A DNA stretch of 64,000 nt from Lachnospiraceae bacterium (GTDB taxonomy: Bacteria > Bacillota > Clostridia > Lachnospirales > Lachnospiraceae), in the NCBI GenBank assembly GCA_052273485.1, contig DAVZID010000007.1, forward strand, positions 2,607-66,606, read 5' to 3'. Positions 59,274 to 64,000 of the stretch are shown here, one piece after another. The notes under the pieces were generated by a model. The model had not been told where the DNA came from. It saw only the letters and a list, made by a program, of their open reading frames with translations, and made no database searches. The position numbers and the translations under genes were made by a program. The stretch's first letter is position 1. Each line of letters begins with the position of its first letter.

Positions 59274-59313
59274 AATAATTATAAAATCTGTTGTATTTTC
59301 CCTGAAAAGTGTC

Positions 59314-59342
59314 CTGTCATTTGTCAATTTTCATGGTATACT
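59314..59342 (+). promoter_or_regulatory. extended -10 promoter for the cupin/NifU-like/GH38 operon
   Basis: The sequence is CTGTCA, a 17-nt spacer ending in TGG, then TATACT (TGnTATACT). Confidence 0.4.
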
Positions 59343-59389
59343 TACCATAAGGGATTTTTATCCAGATTAAAATTTACGGAGGTTTCATT

Positions 59390-59716
59390 ATGTTTGTACA
59401 CAACAATACGGTAACTGCTACACCATGTGAGCCAGGCGTTTCACGCAAGGTTATGGCTTATAACGATCAGGTTATGATGTGTGAGATCACATTCGAAAAG
59501 GGTGCAAAGGGCAATTTCCACACTCATCCACACGTTCAGACTACTTACATCGTAAAGGGAAGCTTTGCTTTCACAATTGATGGAGAAACTCAGGTGGTAA
59601 ACGCAGGTGACAGCATTTTAATGCCGTCCAATAGTCTTCACGGATGTGAATGTCTTGAGGCTGGTGTTTTGTGCGATGTTTTCACACCAATGCGTGAGGA
59701 TTTCATCAAGAAATAA
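59390..59716 (+). CDS. cupin-domain protein
   Basis: This 108-aa protein has the cupin motif GNFHTHPH...GDSILMPSNSLHG. The RBS is GGAGG. Confidence 0.8.
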   Translation: MFVHNNTVTATPCEPGVSRKVMAYNDQVMMCEITFEKGAKGNFHTHPHVQTTYIVKGSFAFTIDGETQVVNAGDSILMPSNSLHGCECLEAGVLCDVFTPMREDFIKK

Positions 59717-59749
59717 GGAACAAATTAAAAAAAGAGAAAGGATAACGCC

Positions 59750-59986
59750 ATGAAAGAATATATTGAAAACGTTCTGGCTCCGAAGCTTCAGGGTGATGGC
59801 GGCTGGGTCGAGTTCGTCTCCTATGAAAATGGAAAATTAACTCTGATCTTCCGCGGCGAATGTTCCAAATGTCTGATTTTAAACCGCTGTGTAGACTGGA
59901 TTGCCCAGCAAATCAAAGAGGCAAAGGGCGAAACGGTTGAAATCACAGCCATTCGCAAAAAGCCATTTTTCTGGGACAATAACTAA
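59750..59986 (+). CDS. NifU-like (C-terminal domain type) small protein
   Basis: This 78-aa protein carries LQGDGGWVEFVSYENGKLTLIFRGECSKC, which resembles the NifU C-terminal CxxC fold. Confidence 0.65.
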   Translation: MKEYIENVLAPKLQGDGGWVEFVSYENGKLTLIFRGECSKCLILNRCVDWIAQQIKEAKGETVEITAIRKKPFFWDNN

Positions 59987-60008
59987 TTAGATAAGAGAGG
60001 ATTTTACT

Positions 60009-62996
60009 ATGGCTCATGTAAAAGTTGTCCGCCGCAGTATGAGACCGGAGGAATGGACTGACCTTCGTTTTGTATGGCTGCAGCGCGGCATTTATGAAGA
60101 GAAATTTGAAATTACAGATCTTGAGATTCGCGATGCCAGACAGATTTCAGAGGATCAATACGAATATTATTCTGATGAATATCGTCCGTTAAAGAAAGAC
60201 GACATGTATTTCACCCCAGATGGAACTGCCTTTATCCGCGGCCATGTGCAGATTCCAGCACATATGAAGGGAAAAAACATCTACTTTACACTTCATACAG
60301 CAGCTGAGATGATCGTTAAAATTAATGGAAAGTATGTTGGCGGCGTTGACCCGAACCGTGAACGCATACTGCTTAATCCATATATTGATTCTGACGATCT
60401 TACAATTGAGATTGAAGCATATAACCGTTCTAAGCCGGATGATGAGAGAAACCCTGCCTCTCTTGCACACCGTGGCTGCCGCCAGATCTTCGAGGGAGCT
60501 TATCTTGCAACCATCCGTGATAATGTACAGTCTCTTGTTTATGACTATATCTTATTTATGGATATCGCTCACAGCGAGTATTTTAATGAAGACTACCGCA
60601 AATTTTTGTTCCGTGAACTGAGCAAGGCACTTGACTTCATTGATTTTGACACCTATGAGGGTGTCGATGAGGCTGCTGAGTATGTAGAAAAGAATATCTA
60701 CTCTAACACAGACTTCAAAGGCAGCGGTGATGTTGCTTTAGTTGGTCACTCTCATCTTGATATTGCTTATTATTGGCGCCGTATCCATGCTGTACATAAA
60801 AATGCAAGAACCATTCTTATTCAGCTTCGTCTTATGGATCAGTATCCAGAGTTTAAATATACTCACACACAGGCATACACCTATGAAACACTGGAAAAGT
60901 ATTATCCAGAACTATTTGCTGAATTAAAGGAAAAGATTGCAGCTGGTCAGTTTGAACCTGTTGGTGCGATGTATGTCGAGCCAGACTGTAACGTTCCGTC
61001 CGCAGAGAGCTTAATCCGTCAGTGCTTATATGGACAGCTGTACTTTAGAAAGGCATTTGGACGCACCATAGACAATGCATGGCTTCCGGACGTTTTTGGA
61101 AACAGTTGGATTCTTCCTCAGATCCTAAAAAAGAGTGGTGTTGATTACTTTGTTTCTAACAAGATGTCCACCTGGAACGATACAAACCGTTTCCCGCACA
61201 ACAACTTTATCTGGAAGGGTATCGACGGAAGCTGCGTATATGCCTGCGTTCCTCCGACACACTTTATTACCTGGAACATGCCAAGTCAGATTCAGGAAAA
61301 CTGGGAAGCTTATCAGGATAAGGAAACTGGCGGCCAGACACTAAACATGTATGGCTACGGAGACGGTGGTTCTGGATGTACCGAGGAAATGCTTGAAATG
61401 ATTCGTCGTTTTGACAAGGTTTCTGTTATGCCAAAAATTGAAGTCACTGGCGGTGACGCATTCCTTCATAAGAATTTAAAAGATAACACCAACTTAGCTA
61501 CTTGGGATGGCGAGCTGTATCTTGAGATGCACCGTGGTACCTTCACTACAAAGTCTAATTTAAAGAAAGCAAACCGTACTCTTGAATTTAAGCTTCGTGA
61601 GACCGAGCTTCGCGCTGCTCTTTCTTCATTAACGGGCGCTTCTTATCCATCTGAAGAACTGACAGAGTGCTACAAGAAGTTCTTATTAAATCAGTTCCAC
61701 GATATACTGCCTGGCTCTCATATTCATCCAGTATATGAGGATGCAATGAATGATTATCGCAGCGTTTTTGAGCGTCTTGATGCAATGCTTGCTGCAACCG
61801 CTGGTAATGAATATTTCAACTCTTTGAACTTCACCCGTTCTGCCATCACCTTTATCGAGGATGAAAACGGAACCGTTACCCGTCATGGTATAAAAGGTTT
61901 CTGGAGCATCCCGTCACTGGCTGGCTTAAGCACTGGCACAGTCGCTGCTCTTCCTTCCAAGGAAAACTGGCTGAGCACGACCGTTTGTGACAAGTGCGAC
62001 TGCCTTGTTGTGGAGACTCCTTACTACCACGCAAAGCTTTCCAAGGACGGAAGCTTCGTAAGTCTGTACGATAAGGAACTGGATCGCGAGTGGGTTAAGG
62101 AAGGCTGTGGCTTTAACAAGCTTCATCTGTATGCCGATAACCCAGGTGTTTATGATGCATGGGATATCCTGCCAAATTATAAAGATGTTCAGGTCGCACT
62201 GAACGTAGACACGCCACTTGCTCTTGTTTCTTCTGACGGTTCCTCTGCTGAGTTTGCCGTTACCTTCACAACAGAGAAGAGCACCTGGAAGATGATTCTT
62301 CGCTTCTTTGCTGATTCTCGTGCAATCGAAGTTGAAAACGTCGTAGACTGGGATGAGAAGCATAAACTTGTGAAAGTAAACTTTGGACCAGACGTTCTGA
62401 CGAGAGAGCTCGTTTGTGATACAAGTGCTGGCTTTGTAAAACGTGATCTTACAAAGAACACCTCCTGGCAGCAGGCTCGCTTTGAGGTTTGCCATCATAA
62501 GTGGTGTGATCTGTCTGAAAGCGACAGTGGACTTGCAATCATCAATGAGGGCAAGTATGGTGTCGGCCTTGAGAAGGATGAGATTTCCTTAAGCCTTCTT
62601 CGTGCAACTATCCGCCCTGATATCACATCTGATATCGGCCACCATGACTTCTGTTACACAATCCTTCCGCACAGCGGTGATGCTGTAGAGGCACAGGTAA
62701 ATAAGACTGCTATGGAATATAATGTTCCTCTTTGCAAGTCAAATGTCACTGTTCCTGCTGCTCTTCGTGACACCTTAAACAACTGTGGACTGTATCTGCA
62801 GGCAATGAAGCGCTCCGAGGATGGTCAGTATTTGGTTCTTCGTCTGTCCGAGCAGGATGGCCGTCGTGGAAAGATTGCCTTCCCATTTGAAGTGCAGACA
62901 ACGAATCTGCTCGAGGATATCGAGGGCAGTACAAAGGTTGTCTCCTACCATCCATTTGAGCTTATTACTGTTGCAATAAAGCCACAGGACCTGTAA
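60009..62996 (+). CDS. alpha-mannosidase (GH38)
   Basis: This 995-aa protein has the GH38 metal-binding N-domain motif VGHSHLDIAYYW and the QFHDILPGS motif. Confidence 0.88.
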   Translation: MAHVKVVRRSMRPEEWTDLRFVWLQRGIYEEKFEITDLEIRDARQISEDQYEYYSDEYRPLKKDDMYFTPDGTAFIRGHVQIPAHMKGKNIYFTLHTAAEMIVKINGKYVGGVDPNRERILLNPYIDSDDLTIEIEAYNRSKPDDERNPASLAHRGCRQIFEGAYLATIRDNVQSLVYDYILFMDIAHSEYFNEDYRKFLFRELSKALDFIDFDTYEGVDEAAEYVEKNIYSNTDFKGSGDVALVGHSHLDIAYYWRRIHAVHKNARTILIQLRLMDQYPEFKYTHTQAYTYETLEKYYPELFAELKEKIAAGQFEPVGAMYVEPDCNVPSAESLIRQCLYGQLYFRKAFGRTIDNAWLPDVFGNSWILPQILKKSGVDYFVSNKMSTWNDTNRFPHNNFIWKGIDGSCVYACVPPTHFITWNMPSQIQENWEAYQDKETGGQTLNMYGYGDGGSGCTEEMLEMIRRFDKVSVMPKIEVTGGDAFLHKNLKDNTNLATWDGELYLEMHRGTFTTKSNLKKANRTLEFKLRETELRAALSSLTGASYPSEELTECYKKFLLNQFHDILPGSHIHPVYEDAMNDYRSVFERLDAMLAATAGNEYFNSLNFTRSAITFIEDENGTVTRHGIKGFWSIPSLAGLSTGTVAALPSKENWLSTTVCDKCDCLVVETPYYHAKLSKDGSFVSLYDKELDREWVKEGCGFNKLHLYADNPGVYDAWDILPNYKDVQVALNVDTPLALVSSDGSSAEFAVTFTTEKSTWKMILRFFADSRAIEVENVVDWDEKHKLVKVNFGPDVLTRELVCDTSAGFVKRDLTKNTSWQQARFEVCHHKWCDLSESDSGLAIINEGKYGVGLEKDEISLSLLRATIRPDITSDIGHHDFCYTILPHSGDAVEAQVNKTAMEYNVPLCKSNVTVPAALRDTLNNCGLYLQAMKRSEDGQYLVLRLSEQDGRRGKIAFPFEVQTTNLLEDIEGSTKVVSYHPFELITVAIKPQDL

Positions 62997-63015
62997 ATAT
63001 TTGGATTTTAAAAAA

Positions 63016-63051
63016 AGAGGCTGTGCATAAAAATGCGCAGTCTCTTTTTTA
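63016..63051 (+). terminator. rho-independent terminator after the GH38 gene
   Basis: AGAGGCTGTGCA-TAAAAA-TGCGCAGTCTCT forms a 12-bp stem with two G-U pairs. It is followed by TTTTTTA. Confidence 0.8.
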
Positions 63052-63126
63052 TAGACAAACAGTTTCATCCATGATACAATAATTATAAGAAAATAGCGCC
63101 TTTAACGGCGCAGAAACGAGGTTTCT

Positions 63127-64000
63127 ATGGATGATTCGATTAAAACCTATAAGTGTCCCAACTGTGGTGCAGCACTTACTTTCGACAGCAAAACCCAGAA
63201 ACTACACTGTTCTCACTGTGACACCTCAATTGATGTTGATGCAATGAAAGCTCTAAGCGATACACCTTCCGGTACTGATCAGGATAATGCACGCTGGAAT
63301 ACGTCTGATGCTGGATCTAACTGGTCATCTGGTGAGCAGCAAGGTATGCGCGGCTATCACTGCCCTACATGTGGTGCAGAACTTGTCACTGATGAGACAA
63401 CAGCTGCTTCTACCTGTGCCTACTGTGGTTCTCCTGTCGTATTGTCTGACCATTTAAGTGGTGCTAAGCGCCCTAATTACGTGATTCCTTTTAAGGTCGA
63501 CAAAAAAACAGCAAAGGAAACACTGAAAAATTTTTATAAAGGAAAAATTTTCCTTCCGCGTGCTTTTTCTGCTGAAAACCATCTTGAGGAAATCAGCGGT
63601 ATTTACGTTCCTTTCTGGCTTTACAGCTGTGAATCCAAGGGAAGCTTTTCCTTTGATGCGACACGCACACATCATTACACAGACGGTGATTATGACGTCA
63701 CCGAAACAGAACATTATCTTGTTCTGCGTGATGGCGAAGCTCGTTTTAACAACATTCCTGTTGATGGCTCATCTAAGATGGATGATGCCTACATGGATGC
63801 AATTGAGCCATTTGATTACAGTGCTATCACTGATTTTCATACTGATTATCTGCCAGGCTATGCAGCACAAACTTATGATGAGGACGCTACTGCATGCGCA
63901 CCGCGCGCAACAGCTCGCGTAAAAAACACAACAATTGCAGCTATCCGCAGAACATGCGACTACACAACGCTGACACCACGTACCAGCAAAATCAGCACCA
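63127..64000 (+). CDS. double zinc-ribbon protein of unknown function, 3' end beyond the window
   Basis: The frame is open from ATG 63127 (GAGG RBS) to the window end, so it is absent from the ORF track. My translation reads MDDSIKTYKCPNCGAALTFDSKTQKLHCSHCD...YHCPTCGAELVTDETTAASTCAYCGSPV. Confidence 0.75.
   Translation, partial: MDDSIKTYKCPNCGAALTFDSKTQKLHCSHCDTSIDVDAMKALSDTPSGTDQDNARWNTSDAGSNWSSGEQQGMRGYHCPTCGAELVTDETTAASTCAYCGSPVVLSDHLSGAKRPNYVIPFKVDKKTAKETLKNFYKGKIFLPRAFSAENHLEEISGIYVPFWLYSCESKGSFSFDATRTHHYTDGDYDVTETEHYLVLRDGEARFNNIPVDGSSKMDDAYMDAIEPFDYSAITDFHTDYLPGYAAQTYDEDATACAPRATARVKNTTIAAIRRTCDYTTLTPRTSKIST

Noticed and set aside
59136-59327. A 63-aa minus-strand ORF inside the palindromic element.
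   Set aside because: It has no RBS. It lies mostly within the paired arms of the 192-bp element. Its composition looks like translated structured DNA. I treat it as non-coding.
1-64000. A prophage, integrative element, restriction-modification, toxin-antitoxin or other recognised defence island.
   Set aside because: I recognised no integrase, recombinase, transposase, phage structural gene, methyltransferase, nuclease-helicase pair or small toxin/antitoxin pair. The only mobile-element-like signal is the 192-bp non-autonomous element.

Overview
This is a 64-kb chromosomal window from a moderate-GC Firmicute. Gene content and protein style suggest Clostridia, probably Lachnospiraceae, but that is inference only. 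I call about 54 protein genes and one tRNA-Arg(CCG). I recognise no rRNA, CRISPR array, transposase, integrase, reverse transcriptase or known defence gene. From 1 to about 44 kb the window is a mostly minus-strand housekeeping backbone. It holds lysS, greA, dusB, birA, argF, aroE, efp, aroK, yqeG, nrdR, prfC, hisS, hemZ-like, relA, recJ, ilvB-ilvD-leuB and yerC. Interspersed are an orphan GH94 cellobiose phosphorylase and a MoxR/DUF58/transglutaminase membrane module. Also interspersed are a 1082-aa secreted peptidoglycan-hydrolase-like protein with seven C-terminal repeats and a YolD-like/Y-family polymerase pair. From about 44 to 63 kb the region looks accessory and carbohydrate-related. 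It contains uxuA-uxuB, an uncharacterised 814-aa cytoplasmic protein, a GH28-like beta-helix enzyme and a three-gene sugar ABC importer. A divergent YesN/YesM-type two-component system follows, then a cupin/NifU-like/GH38 alpha-mannosidase operon. The most unusual non-coding signals are four. One is a 192-bp MITE-like palindromic element with perfect 13-bp terminal inverted repeats and 8-bp direct-repeat flanks (59074-59281). Another is a 15-bp tandem repeat array just upstream of aroE. A third is a ~95-nt imperfect hairpin plus GC-rich terminator upstream of a HAD/arginase-family pair. The last group is several palindromic or direct-repeat candidate operators. All calls come from reading the sequence and the supplied ORF track. 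No database search was run.
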